Part shown: positions 9,047-18,061 of the stretch, piece by piece
How the letters are laid out: every line of letters begins with the position of its first letter
Numbering within the stretch: the stretch's first letter is position 1
NCBI GenBank assembly: GCA_963842525.1
Contig: CAWJGT010000003.1
Location: 1,934,552 to 1,998,551, forward strand
Reading direction: 5' to 3'
Length of the DNA: 64,000 bases
Source: an uncultured Holophagales bacterium
GTDB taxonomy: Bacteria > Acidobacteriota > Thermoanaerobaculia > Multivoradales > UBA5704
Position numbers and translations under genes: made by a program
The notes under the pieces: generated by a model
The model's input: only the letters and a program-made list of their open reading frames with translations
What the model was told of the DNA's origin: nothing
The model's database searches: none

Positions 9047-10324
9047 ATGCTACGCTCGCCCGTGTCCACTCACGAGGTCAGCATCTGCGAGCCGGGAGCC
9101 GGAGGAGTAAGAGTGCTCCTCGTCGCCAACACCCTGCCGCCCCGGGACGTTTCCGGGGTCGGGGAACAGGTGCTACAGTTGGCGGCCGGCCTGCGGGAGA
9201 CCGGATGCGAGGTGGAGGTGCTGGGCCGTGGCTCTGGCGGCGTCGCGGGTCCGAAGGTCCTGTTCCCTCTTTTTGCGGTGACGGCGGTCTGGCGGGCGCT
9301 GCGGCGGTTCCGGCCCCATGTGGTGCAGGTCCATGAGTCGGATGGCGGTCTGGCCGCGCTCCTCGTTGCGATCGTGGCGCCGCTCCTGGTGCCGCGCCCG
9401 AAGCTGGTGGCCCTCCTCCAGGTGAGCTATGTCGAGGAGCTGCGGGCGGTGCGGCCTCTGCGGGCTGCGGACGGGCGGGTGTTGGGCCGGCCGGGCGGCA
9501 TCGAGCGGCGTTTCCGCTGGCTCAAGGCGCCGGTCCAGATCGTCCTCGGCTGCGTCACCGCCTGGACGGCTGATCTGGTGCTGACGCCCAGCGCGGCTAC
9601 GGGTGACGAGGTGCGCCGCGATTATGGTGTGGGCGAAGTGGCGGTCGTCCCCAATGTGACGGGTGGGCTGGAGGTGGGGGCGCCGGTGGCCGAGCCCGGA
9701 GAGTCGCCCGGCTATCTGCTGTTCGTCGGCCGCCTGCGCATCCGCAAGGGGGTCGAGGTGCTGCTGGAGGCTTTGCGGTCTCTGGACGCGCGGCTGCTGA
9801 TCGCGGGGGATGGCGAGCACCGGGCCGCTCTGGAGCGCCGGGCAGCGGAGCTGGAGCTGGTCTCGAAGGTCCGCTTCCTTGGCCGCCGCGACGCCGCGCA
9901 GGTCCGGGGTTTGCTCCGTGGCGCGCGTGCCTTGGTGGTCCCCTCGATCTACGAGGGGATGCCGCTGGTCGTGCTGGAGGCGATGGAGGCCGGCTTGCCG
10001 GTTGTTGCCAGCCGGGTGAGCGGCATCCCCGAGGTCGTGGAGGACGGCCGGACCGGCTGGCTGGTGCCGCCGGAGGACCCGGAGGCTCTTGCCGGTGCGC
10101 TGGCCGAGGTGCTGGCGGATCGGGAGGAGGCGGGGCGGCGTGGTGAAGAAGGGAAGCGGCGGGTGGAGGAGCGGTTTCGGCCGGCTCATGCGGCGCGGGT
10201 GTGGCGCGAGAAGATCCTCACCCCCTGTCCCCCTCTCCCATCGCCCCCCCTGCCGCCGGGAGAGGGGGGACGTGGAGGAGGCGATGTGCAGCAAACGGGA
10301 TCGGATGGGTTTCGGGGAGTGTGA
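9047..10324 (+). CDS. Glycosyltransferase family 4
   Basis: LFVGRLRIRKG, IAGDG, PSIYEGMPLVVLEAM..G.PVVASRVSGIPEVV; start may be GTG 9062 or 9113; the last ~35 codons come from the REP. Confidence 0.92.
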   Translation: MLRSPVSTHEVSICEPGAGGVRVLLVANTLPPRDVSGVGEQVLQLAAGLRETGCEVEVLGRGSGGVAGPKVLFPLFAVTAVWRALRRFRPHVVQVHESDGGLAALLVAIVAPLLVPRPKLVALLQVSYVEELRAVRPLRAADGRVLGRPGGIERRFRWLKAPVQIVLGCVTAWTADLVLTPSAATGDEVRRDYGVGEVAVVPNVTGGLEVGAPVAEPGESPGYLLFVGRLRIRKGVEVLLEALRSLDARLLIAGDGEHRAALERRAAELELVSKVRFLGRRDAAQVRGLLRGARALVVPSIYEGMPLVVLEAMEAGLPVVASRVSGIPEVVEDGRTGWLVPPEDPEALAGALAEVLADREEAGRRGEEGKRRVEERFRPAHAARVWREKILTPCPPLPSPPLPPGEGGRGGGDVQQTGSDGFRGV

Positions 10325-10420
10325 GGAGAGATTGCATCGACCTTGCCACGAACGCATCGCCTGCGTCCCCCCTCTCCCGGTCGGGGGGAGTGCGATGGGA
10401 GAGGGGGACAGGGGGTGAGG
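10216..10420. repeat. REP-like family A inverted doublet overlapping the GT4 3' end
   Basis: Same terminal sequences as the 4061-4289 element. Confidence 0.85.
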
Positions 10421-10483
10421 TTCTTGGCCGGGAGGATGGATAATCGGAGGGGTTGACGGAATGACGCTCAAAGGACTCCAACC

Positions 10484-10990
10484 ATGATGGGACGCGCTCT
10501 GCTGATCGTCGGCGTGATGGCGACGCTCGGCCTCATCGCTTCGGCGGTTCTGGGCTATGGCCTGGACATTCCGACCGATCCGGACATGCCGCGCCATGTC
10601 CTCGTGGCCCTCGCGTCCAGCCTGCTGCTCCTGTTTTCCCACTGCTGGATCATGTTCTACCTGATCGGTACCGGGAAGGCGATCAAGGACGTGGTCAAGG
10701 AACACGGGCTGGAGGCGCAGATCGTCGAGGACACCAAGCGCTTCAAGAACCTCTCCTATCCCTGGCTGATGCTCGCCATGGGCCTCGCCATGGCGGCCTT
10801 CATCCTCGGCGGCGGTGCGGCCACCGGCTCGCTCCCGTCGTGGGTCCATCACGTCCTCTCCTATCTGGCCCTGGCGACCCAGTTGAAGGCCCTGTGGGTG
10901 GAGTGGCGCGTGCTGGACGAGAACGAGCGGCTCATGGCGAGCGTCGACCGCCGGATCCTCGCCCTGCCGGCCGGAGGGAGCGCGGCGTGA
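10484..10990 (+). CDS. Hypothetical membrane protein (about 4 TM)
   Basis: Host-like codon usage, hydrophobic segments, stop overlaps the next GTG. Confidence 0.75.
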   Translation: MMGRALLIVGVMATLGLIASAVLGYGLDIPTDPDMPRHVLVALASSLLLLFSHCWIMFYLIGTGKAIKDVVKEHGLEAQIVEDTKRFKNLSYPWLMLAMGLAMAAFILGGGAATGSLPSWVHHVLSYLALATQLKALWVEWRVLDENERLMASVDRRILALPAGGSAA

Positions 10991-11937
10991 TCCATGCCGC
11001 GCATCGGGACCCCAACGCCCGGGTCGCCGTCGTTCTGGTGAACTGGAACGGCGCCGGGGACACGCTCGCGACCCTGGCTTCGCTCGACGAGGTCGTGGGC
11101 GCCGAGGCGCTGCGCGTGATCGTGGTCGACAACGGCTCGACGGACGACTCGGTCGCCCGTCTGCGCCGCGAGCGGCCGGGGCTCGAGCTGGTCGAGACGG
11201 GCAAGAACCTGGGCTTCGCGGGCGGCAACGACGTCGGCATCAAGGCGGCCCTCGAAGCTCCGGAGGTCGGCTGGGTGCTCCTTCTCAACACCGACGTCGA
11301 GGTCGATCCCGGCTTCCTCGCGCCTCTGATCCGCGCCTGCGAGGACCCCGACATGGGTGCGGCCGGTCCGAAGATCTACTACTACGATCATCCCGACCGG
11401 CTGTGGGCCGCGGGCGGTCGCCTGCGCATCCGCGAGACGGTGGCCGTCGAGCTCGGCCGCGGCAAGCTGGACGGTCCGCGCTGGAACCGGGCGCGGGACG
11501 TCACGTATCTGACCACCTGCTGTTTGCTGATCCCCCGGGACGTGCTGGAGGAGGTCGGCCCCCTGGACCCGGCGTACTTCATCAACGTGGACGACGCCGA
11601 CTGGTGCCGCCGCGCCCTGGACGCCGGCTACCGGCTGCGCTATGTGCCGGAGAGCCGCATCTGGCACAAGGTGGCGGTGGCGACCGCGGGCTCCTATACC
11701 CCGATGAAGACGTTCCACACCGGGCGGAGCAATGCAGTCTGGGTGCGCCGCCACGCCGGGCTTTTCGGGCTTGTCCGCTTCGTGGCGGCCAACCTGCTCG
11801 CCCTGCCGGCCGCATTCCTGCGCGAGCTGCCGCGCGGCAACGTCCAGGCGGTGCGGGCGAAGGCCCGCGGCGTCCTGAGCGGGCTCACCGAGCCGCTGCC
11901 GGAGCCGCCCGAGCCGCTGCGCAAGGAGCGCTCCTGA
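10987..11937 (+). CDS. Glycosyltransferase family 2
   Basis: VVLVNWN, VVDNGSTDDS, NLGFAGGND, LLNTDV, DDADWCRR. Confidence 0.92.
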   Translation: MIHAAHRDPNARVAVVLVNWNGAGDTLATLASLDEVVGAEALRVIVVDNGSTDDSVARLRRERPGLELVETGKNLGFAGGNDVGIKAALEAPEVGWVLLLNTDVEVDPGFLAPLIRACEDPDMGAAGPKIYYYDHPDRLWAAGGRLRIRETVAVELGRGKLDGPRWNRARDVTYLTTCCLLIPRDVLEEVGPLDPAYFINVDDADWCRRALDAGYRLRYVPESRIWHKVAVATAGSYTPMKTFHTGRSNAVWVRRHAGLFGLVRFVAANLLALPAAFLRELPRGNVQAVRAKARGVLSGLTEPLPEPPEPLRKERS

Positions 11938-12639
11938 GTGAACCCCGAACGCCTCTTCGCCGCGGGGGTGCAGTACCTGCTGCTCCTGCTCGCCCTCTCG
12001 GCCCGCGAGGCGGCTCGCGCCTGGACGGCGGACCGCCTCGGCGATCCCACGGCGCGCAGCCTGGGCCGGGTGAGCCTCAACCCGGTGCGGCACCTCGACC
12101 TCTTCGGCTCGGTGCTGCTGCCGCCGCTGCTTCTCGCTTTTGGCGCCCCGGTCTTCGGCTGGGGGAAGCCGGCGCCAGTGACGGGCCAGGGCTTCCGCAA
12201 TCCCTGGCGGGACGGCATCCTGACCGCCGCGGCCGGGCCGATGGCCAACTTCCTCCTCGCCCTGGTCGCCACGTTCGCGCTGATCGTGGCTGTAGCCAAC
12301 CACGGTCCGGAGGGACGGCAGGCGGCCATGCGGGCGCTCCTGCCCCTGCTCCCTACTTCGGGTGTCGCGGAAGGATTGTCCAGCTTCCCGCTGATGTTCA
12401 CGCTGGTGCGGATGGCGACGATCAACGCTTTCCTGGGCGTTTTCTTCCTGATCCCGGTGCCGCCGCTCGACGGCGGGGTGATCGCGCTCCATCTCCTCCC
12501 TCCGGATTGGGCGGAGAAGCTTGCGGTGATCCGGCCGTACGGAATTATGATCGGCATGGCCCTCGCGGTCTTCAATGTCGTGACGCTGGTGCTGCTGCCC
12601 TTCTATGGCATCCTGAGCGTCCTCGTCCAACTCGTCTGA
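11938..12639 (+). CDS. Site-2 protease (M50) family protein with a degenerate zinc motif
   Basis: A..LGDPTA...GRVSLNP..HLD..G, GWGKP.PV, AAAGPMAN, LIPVPPLDGG; HExxH reads REAAR. Confidence 0.88.
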   Translation: MNPERLFAAGVQYLLLLLALSAREAARAWTADRLGDPTARSLGRVSLNPVRHLDLFGSVLLPPLLLAFGAPVFGWGKPAPVTGQGFRNPWRDGILTAAAGPMANFLLALVATFALIVAVANHGPEGRQAAMRALLPLLPTSGVAEGLSSFPLMFTLVRMATINAFLGVFFLIPVPPLDGGVIALHLLPPDWAEKLAVIRPYGIMIGMALAVFNVVTLVLLPFYGILSVLVQLV

Positions 12640-12643
12640 GGGA

Positions 12644-13483
12644 GTGACCGTGAGCGCCGAAGACTTCTCCGAAGCATCCGCAGAGGCCCTCTCGCAGGAG
12701 GGCTCCTCGGGAGGGCTCCTCCCGGAGTCGTGGCGCGTCCATCTCCCGGTCTTCGAGGGGCCTCTCGACCTCCTCCTTCATCTGATCAAGATGAACAAGG
12801 TGGAGATCACCGACATCCCGGTGGCGACGATCTGCGACCAGTTCCACGCCTACCTGCAGCTCATGGAAGAGCTGAACCTGGACATCGCCGGCGAGTACAT
12901 CTACGAGGCGGCGCTGCTGATCCATCTCAAGTCCAAGCTGCTGTTGCCGCGTCCGCCCAAGGCCGAGGGCGAGCCGGAGGAGGATCCGCGGCAGGAGCTG
13001 GTGGAGCGGCTGCTCGAATACCGCCGCCTCAAGGAGGCCGCGCAGTCGTTGGCCGAGCTCGACCGGCTGCGCATGGGCATCTGGACCCGCCGGCCGCAGC
13101 CGATGCCCAAGCCCGATCCGGAGGAGGCCGAGGAGGTCGAGCTCGGCGAGATCTCGCTCTTCGACCTGCTCGGGGCCTTGAAAGGCGCCCTGCTGCGTTA
13201 CGAGCGGGAGCATCCGCCGCCGCTCCAGCTCACCCTGGAGGCGTACTCGGTCCGCGGCCAGTTCGAGCGCCTGCTCGGCCGGCTGGACGCAGGGCGCCCC
13301 TTCGACCTGCTCGACGACCTGCGCACCCGCTCCTGCCGTTCGGAGGCCATCGCCGCCTTCCTGGCGGTGCTGGAGCTGGCGCGGCTCAACCTCGTGCGCA
13401 TCCACCAGACCGAATCCGGGGACATCCTGCTCTACCGGACCACCCGCGAGCTCGGAGTGCACGACATGGAGGCGATCGGCTGA
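12644..13483 (+). CDS. scpA: Segregation and condensation protein A
   Basis: FEGPLDLLLHLI, LIHLKSKLLLP, DPRQELVERLLEY, FLAVLEL. Confidence 0.95.
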   Translation: MTVSAEDFSEASAEALSQEGSSGGLLPESWRVHLPVFEGPLDLLLHLIKMNKVEITDIPVATICDQFHAYLQLMEELNLDIAGEYIYEAALLIHLKSKLLLPRPPKAEGEPEEDPRQELVERLLEYRRLKEAAQSLAELDRLRMGIWTRRPQPMPKPDPEEAEEVELGEISLFDLLGALKGALLRYEREHPPPLQLTLEAYSVRGQFERLLGRLDAGRPFDLLDDLRTRSCRSEAIAAFLAVLELARLNLVRIHQTESGDILLYRTTRELGVHDMEAIG

Positions 13484-14199
13484 TGAACGAGCGCCACGAC
13501 ATGGAGGCGGCGATCGAGGCGGTGCTCTTCGTCTCCTCCGAGCCGGTGCCGCGCGCGCGGCTTCTGGAGATGTTCGACGAGGACGAGCGTGAGCAGGCGG
13601 CCGAGGCCCTGGAGGCGGTGGTCGCCCGCTATGCCTCCGACGCCGAAAACCCCTCGCGGGGTGTGATGGTGGAGGAGGTGGCGGGCGGCGTGCGCATCGC
13701 CACGCGTCCGGAGATGGTGGGATGGCTCCGCCGCTTTTTCGACGTGAGCGGCGGGACCAAGCTCTCCATGGCGGCCCTGGAGACCCTGGCGATCATCGGC
13801 TATCGGCAGCCGGTCACCGGCCCGGAGATCCAGGAGCTGCGCAGCGTCAATCCGTCGGGGGTGCTCAAGACCCTGCTGGAGCGCCGGCTCGTCCGCATCG
13901 TCGGCCGCAAGGAGGTCGTCGGCAAGCCGTTCCTCTACGGCACGACCAAGGAGTTCCTGGTCCATTTCGGCCTCAACAGCCTGCGCGATCTGCCGCCTCT
14001 GGAGGAGTTCGAGGAGACTTTCGGAGCGATCGCCGCAGGCGAGGGCTCCGCCGAGCTCAGCCAGGCGATGCTGGACAGCGTGGCGCCACAGACGGAGGCC
14101 ACCGAAGGTGACCGGGAGGAGCGCATCCTCCGCGAGGCCGCCGCGCTCGAAGAAGAGGCCGCGGACGAGGATCCGGAGATGGAAGCCGAGGCGTCATGA
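13483..14199 (+). CDS. scpB: Segregation and condensation protein B
   Basis: IEAVLFVSSEP, LSMAALETLAIIGYRQPVT, GRKEVVGKPFLYGTTKEFL.HFGL..L.DLP; ATG overlaps the scpA TGA. Confidence 0.95.
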   Translation: MNERHDMEAAIEAVLFVSSEPVPRARLLEMFDEDEREQAAEALEAVVARYASDAENPSRGVMVEEVAGGVRIATRPEMVGWLRRFFDVSGGTKLSMAALETLAIIGYRQPVTGPEIQELRSVNPSGVLKTLLERRLVRIVGRKEVVGKPFLYGTTKEFLVHFGLNSLRDLPPLEEFEETFGAIAAGEGSAELSQAMLDSVAPQTEATEGDREERILREAAALEEEAADEDPEMEAEAS

Positions 14200-15398
14200 G
14201 CGAAGAGCGCCTCCAGCGTCTCCTGGCCCGTGCCGGCATCGCCTCCCGGCGCAAGGCCGAGGAGCTGATCCGCGAAGGCCGGGTCACGGTCAACGGGCAG
14301 GTGGCGGAGATCGGCGCCAAGGCCGACCCCGGGCGGGACGCGGTCAAGGTGGACGGCAAGCGGGTCCAGCCCCAGACCGGCCCCGGCCGGTACATTCTGC
14401 TCAACAAGCCCCGGGGCGTGATGTCGACCGTTGCCGACCCGCAGGGCCGGCGGACGGTCCTCGACCTGATCCCGCCCGCGCTGCGCAAGGCCCTGGTGCC
14501 GGTGGGGCGGCTCGATTATGAGACCGAAGGCCTGATCCTGCTGACAGACGACGGCGACTTCGCCGAGCACGTCGCTCATCCGCGCTACGGCGGGGTCAAG
14601 ACCTACGAGGTCAAGGTGAAAGGGGAGCCCTCCCAGGCCGTGCTCGACCGCCTGCGCGAAGGGATCGTGATCGACGGCAAGCGCACCGTGCCCGCGCGGA
14701 TCAAGCCGCGCCAGGCGAAGGGGTCGGACAGGCGGCGGCGGTCGCACCACGACGACGACGAGGGGCACAACACCTGGTGGATCGTGGAGCTGACCGAAGG
14801 CCGGACGCGGCAGATCCGCGAGATGTTCGTGCGCATCGGCCACCCCGTCCAGAAGCTGCGCCGGGTGGCGATCGGTCCGCTCAAGGACCCCCACATGCCG
14901 CTGGGCACCTTCCGCGAGCTGACCGAGCGCGAGGTCGAGACGCTGCGTCGGATCACTGCGAAGCCCAAGAAGCGGGCCGCGCCGCCGAAGAAGAGGACGG
15001 CCCCTCACCCCCCTGGCCCCCCTCTCCCACGCGCACTCCCAGCCGCCCGGGAGAGGGGGGAAAAGGCACCGCCGCGGAAGGCTCCGGCGGTGAAGAAGAA
15101 GGCCACGCCGGCGAAGAAAGCGGCCCCTCACCCCCGGCCCCTCTCCCATCGCCCCCCCGTCCCCCGGGAGAGGGGGGAACAGCTCGCCACGACAGCGGCA
15201 CCGCGGAAGAAAGCCGCGCCGGCCAGGAAGGGAGCCCCGGCGAAGAGGTCCGCGCCGGCCAAGAAGGGAGCCCCGGCGAAGCGGTCGGCGCCAGCGAAGA
15301 GAGCTGCTCCGGCGAGAAAAGCTGGAGACCGCCGGGCGGCGGCCCGCAAGACATCAGGGAAGAGGCCGGGGAGCGGTCCGCGGCGGAGCCGGGGCTAG
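14196..15398 (+). CDS. rluB: 23S rRNA pseudouridine synthase (RluB/RsuA family) with a Lys/Ala/Pro-rich tail
   Basis: S4 domain ERLQRLLA.AG.ASRRKAEELI, LNKPRG, PVGRLDYETEGL, EGRTRQIR.M; position after scpAB. Confidence 0.93.
   Translation: MSEERLQRLLARAGIASRRKAEELIREGRVTVNGQVAEIGAKADPGRDAVKVDGKRVQPQTGPGRYILLNKPRGVMSTVADPQGRRTVLDLIPPALRKALVPVGRLDYETEGLILLTDDGDFAEHVAHPRYGGVKTYEVKVKGEPSQAVLDRLREGIVIDGKRTVPARIKPRQAKGSDRRRRSHHDDDEGHNTWWIVELTEGRTRQIREMFVRIGHPVQKLRRVAIGPLKDPHMPLGTFRELTEREVETLRRITAKPKKRAAPPKKRTAPHPPGPPLPRALPAARERGEKAPPRKAPAVKKKATPAKKAAPHPRPLSHRPPVPRERGEQLATTAAPRKKAAPARKGAPAKRSAPAKKGAPAKRSAPAKRAAPARKAGDRRAAARKTSGKRPGSGPRRSRG
15002..15177. repeat. Two REP-like family A units in frame inside rluB
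   Basis: Units at 15002-15060 and 15126-15177 encode PHPPGPPLP..ERG and PHPRPLSH..ERG. Confidence 0.85.
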
Positions 15399-15401
15399 AC
15401 G

Positions 15402-16088
15402 GTGGACGCGGCTGGTCCCCTGATCGTGGCCATCGACGGCCCGTCGGGCGTGGGCAAGAGCACCGTCTCGCGGCGTCTCGCGCGGCGTCTCGGCATTCCC
15501 TTCCTGGACACCGGCGCCATGTATCGGGCCCTGGGCCTCAAGGTCCTGGAGAGCGGGGCCGACCCGCGGGACTGCGAGGCGGTCGAGGCAATCACCGCGT
15601 GTGCCGCGGTCAGCCTCCACCGCCGGGACAACGGCATCTTCGAGGTCCTCCTCGACGGCGAGCCGGTCGAGCCGCGCATCCGCACTCCGGAGGTCAGCGA
15701 TGCGACCTCCACCATCTCCGCCTATCCCGAGGTGCGCCGCCGCATGGTGGCCCTCCAGCAGGAGGCCGCGAGCCTCTTCGGCGGCGTCCTGGAGGGGCGG
15801 GACATCGGCACGAGGGTCTTTCCCGGCACCCCTTACAAGTTCTTCCTCGACGCCCGCACCGATGTCCGCGGCCAGCGCCGCTTCGACGAGCTCGTCCAGA
15901 CCGGCCATCCGATCACCTACGAGCAGGTCCTCGAAGAGATGGCCAGCCGCGACCTGCGCGACAGCACCCGCGAGGACTCCCCGCTCACCCGGGACGCCAG
16001 CTACACCTTCGTCGACGCCTCGGACCTGACGGTCGACGAGGTCGTCGAGGAAATGGCGCAACGGATCGGGATATGGCCTGCGAAGTAG
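15402..16088 (+). CDS. cmk: Cytidylate kinase
   Basis: VAIDGPSGVGKST, LDTGAMYRA, VLEGRDIGT.VFP, K.FLDA, RD.RDSTR..SPL. Confidence 0.96.
   Translation: MDAAGPLIVAIDGPSGVGKSTVSRRLARRLGIPFLDTGAMYRALGLKVLESGADPRDCEAVEAITACAAVSLHRRDNGIFEVLLDGEPVEPRIRTPEVSDATSTISAYPEVRRRMVALQQEAASLFGGVLEGRDIGTRVFPGTPYKFFLDARTDVRGQRRFDELVQTGHPITYEQVLEEMASRDLRDSTREDSPLTRDASYTFVDASDLTVDEVVEEMAQRIGIWPAK
15704..16070 (+). repeat. Left copy of the 367-bp cmk 3'-half direct repeat
   Basis: Aligns without gaps to 20436-20802 (offset 4732); about 11 mismatches counted by eye. Confidence 0.95.
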
Positions 16089-18061
16089 GAGCCGCTCCAG
16101 CTACGATAGGCTCTTTGAGCTCCCTGGCCGAGTTGGATACCCGGAAGCTGAATCGCAACGCCAAGCGCGAAATGCGCAATCGAGAGATTCATCTTCCGCC
16201 TCTCGGGGTCTACCGCTGGTGGGCTCGACGCAGCGCTTCGACCTTTCGGGAGGTACTTACGGCTTTTTCGAAGGCACGCTCAGGCAAGCTGACCATAGCA
16301 GATCCGTTCGCCGGAGGTGGAGTCATTCCACTGGTTGCTCTCCTTGAAGGTCATCGAGTCTATGCTCAGGACATCAATCCCTGGGCCGTTGGAGGGCTAA
16401 TAACAACTCTGGGCTTGCCCTCCGCCGAGGAACTTAGACGAACGAAAGATAAGCTGGCTGATAACGCAAGATCCCTTCTCGCAAAGGCATACGCCACAAA
16501 TCTGCCTGACGGGACACCCGCATGGATCACGCACACCTTCCGAGTTGCTGTTGCTGCCTGTTTAAAGTGTGGCCATGACTTCCGTCTATTTCCTCATGCG
16601 CTTGTGACGCGCTGCAGTCGTAAGGACCGTGCACGGGCTACCGATGCATTTTGGGCCTGCACGCACGGGCATCTATTTCGTGCCGCTCTGGCAAATTCCG
16701 TAGAGTGTCCCCATTGCATGGAGTTAGTTCCAGCGTCGGCCTCGTACACCGAGGGTCGTCTTGCCAGTTGCCCTGCTTGCGGTATCTCCGAATCGCTCGC
16801 TGCCTTTGCCTCCCGCGATTGGAAATGGGAGGTCGTCCTCATCGAGCGAGTGGCGGAGGGGAGGAGGATGATTGATCTACCAACGGTCGTCGAGCTTGAG
16901 CAAGCCTCTGATGACGTCTGGAAGCCGAAGGGGACGCTTGGAAAAATCCGAGAAGGGCGTGAGACGCGGGTGCTATTGCGGCACGGATTTAGACAGTGGG
17001 AAGATTGTTATCCGAATCGCCAGCGCTTCATCCTTGAATCGCTGCTTGCCGGAGTCGAGGAGGTTTCCGAGCGGGAAGACGTACGGCGCGCGCTTCAATG
17101 GATTCTCTGGGGACAGGCGGAGATGGCAGGTTATCTATCGCGGTGGGACCGTTTTTATCTCAAGAGTTACGAAGCAATGGCAGGGCACCGTTTCAACTTC
17201 ACGACAATGCCGGTAGAGCAAAACGTCTGGGGTATCGCGCCGTGCGGTAGAGGGACGTTCGAACGCCGAGTTGCGGCAGTGTGCCATGCTTCTAGCTGGT
17301 TCCAAGCTGAACTCGGGCGCCAGCTTCGCGTCGAAGGTCTTCTACAGCCTGGAACCTCCGACCCTGGATCGCTAGAATCTGATGTACGAGTGGCCCTAGG
17401 GCATTCTGGGGCCATGCAGATGCTTAACGCAAGTGTAGACTTGGTTCTAACCGATCCCCCCTACCACGACGACGTGAGCTACGATGAACTCTCTCAGCTC
17501 CTGCGTGCTTGGGCCGGGCTTCCTACGGACCGGCTGGTCGAAGATGCGCATCCTCTATCAAGATCCGGGGAAAAGGTTGAGGGAAGGAAAAAATTTGGAC
17601 GAGTGTTGGAAGAGGTGTTTAGGGAGGCGCGCCGTGTTCTCAAGCCGGGTGGCCGTCTGGTTCTTACTTATGCAAATCGTGACCCCTCTGCCTGGATCGC
17701 GCTCTTCGAATCTCTTGAGCGCGCCGGATTCAAAGCACAGGCTTGCCTTGCCGTTCATAGTGAAAATGAGACGGATCTAACCAAACGTGGGGTAAGGTCC
17801 TGCAGGTTCGATCTCCTGATGGAGCTTGCACCCTCCATGCAGGAGATCGAAGAATCCTTCCCAGTGCATGATCGCCGAAGAACTCAGGAAGCGGAATTTC
17901 TGCGAGTTGTCTCACGTACCTTTCTCCAAGTGGGTCGGCTCCCCAATGGTTGGCAGGACACGTTTGTAGCATCCTGTCGGGCTTGTGCCTTTCTTCGGGA
18001 AAAGAAGACGCACCGGGGGCCAAAGGGACGGCTGGGTCCTCTCAGAAAACGACGCAGGTAG
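16073..18061 (+). CDS. Zn-ribbon amino-DNA methyltransferase (DUF1156/COG1743-like, probably m6A)
   Basis: WWARR, motif I DPFAGGG.IP, QDINPWA, CxxC clusters (CLKC, CPHC, CPAC), motif IV LTDPPY.D, RVLKPGG.LV.TY. ATG 16073 overlaps the cmk end; the upstream part of track ORF 14777-18061 is an out-of-frame overlap. Confidence 0.88.
   Translation: MACEVGAAPATIGSLSSLAELDTRKLNRNAKREMRNREIHLPPLGVYRWWARRSASTFREVLTAFSKARSGKLTIADPFAGGGVIPLVALLEGHRVYAQDINPWAVGGLITTLGLPSAEELRRTKDKLADNARSLLAKAYATNLPDGTPAWITHTFRVAVAACLKCGHDFRLFPHALVTRCSRKDRARATDAFWACTHGHLFRAALANSVECPHCMELVPASASYTEGRLASCPACGISESLAAFASRDWKWEVVLIERVAEGRRMIDLPTVVELEQASDDVWKPKGTLGKIREGRETRVLLRHGFRQWEDCYPNRQRFILESLLAGVEEVSEREDVRRALQWILWGQAEMAGYLSRWDRFYLKSYEAMAGHRFNFTTMPVEQNVWGIAPCGRGTFERRVAAVCHASSWFQAELGRQLRVEGLLQPGTSDPGSLESDVRVALGHSGAMQMLNASVDLVLTDPPYHDDVSYDELSQLLRAWAGLPTDRLVEDAHPLSRSGEKVEGRKKFGRVLEEVFREARRVLKPGGRLVLTYANRDPSAWIALFESLERAGFKAQACLAVHSENETDLTKRGVRSCRFDLLMELAPSMQEIEESFPVHDRRRTQEAEFLRVVSRTFLQVGRLPNGWQDTFVASCRACAFLREKKTHRGPKGRLGPLRKRRR

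Noticed and set aside
14777-16072. Apparent 1094-aa fusion protein
   Set aside because: The N-terminal part is an alternative frame over rluB and cmk; MTase motifs begin only after 16073.
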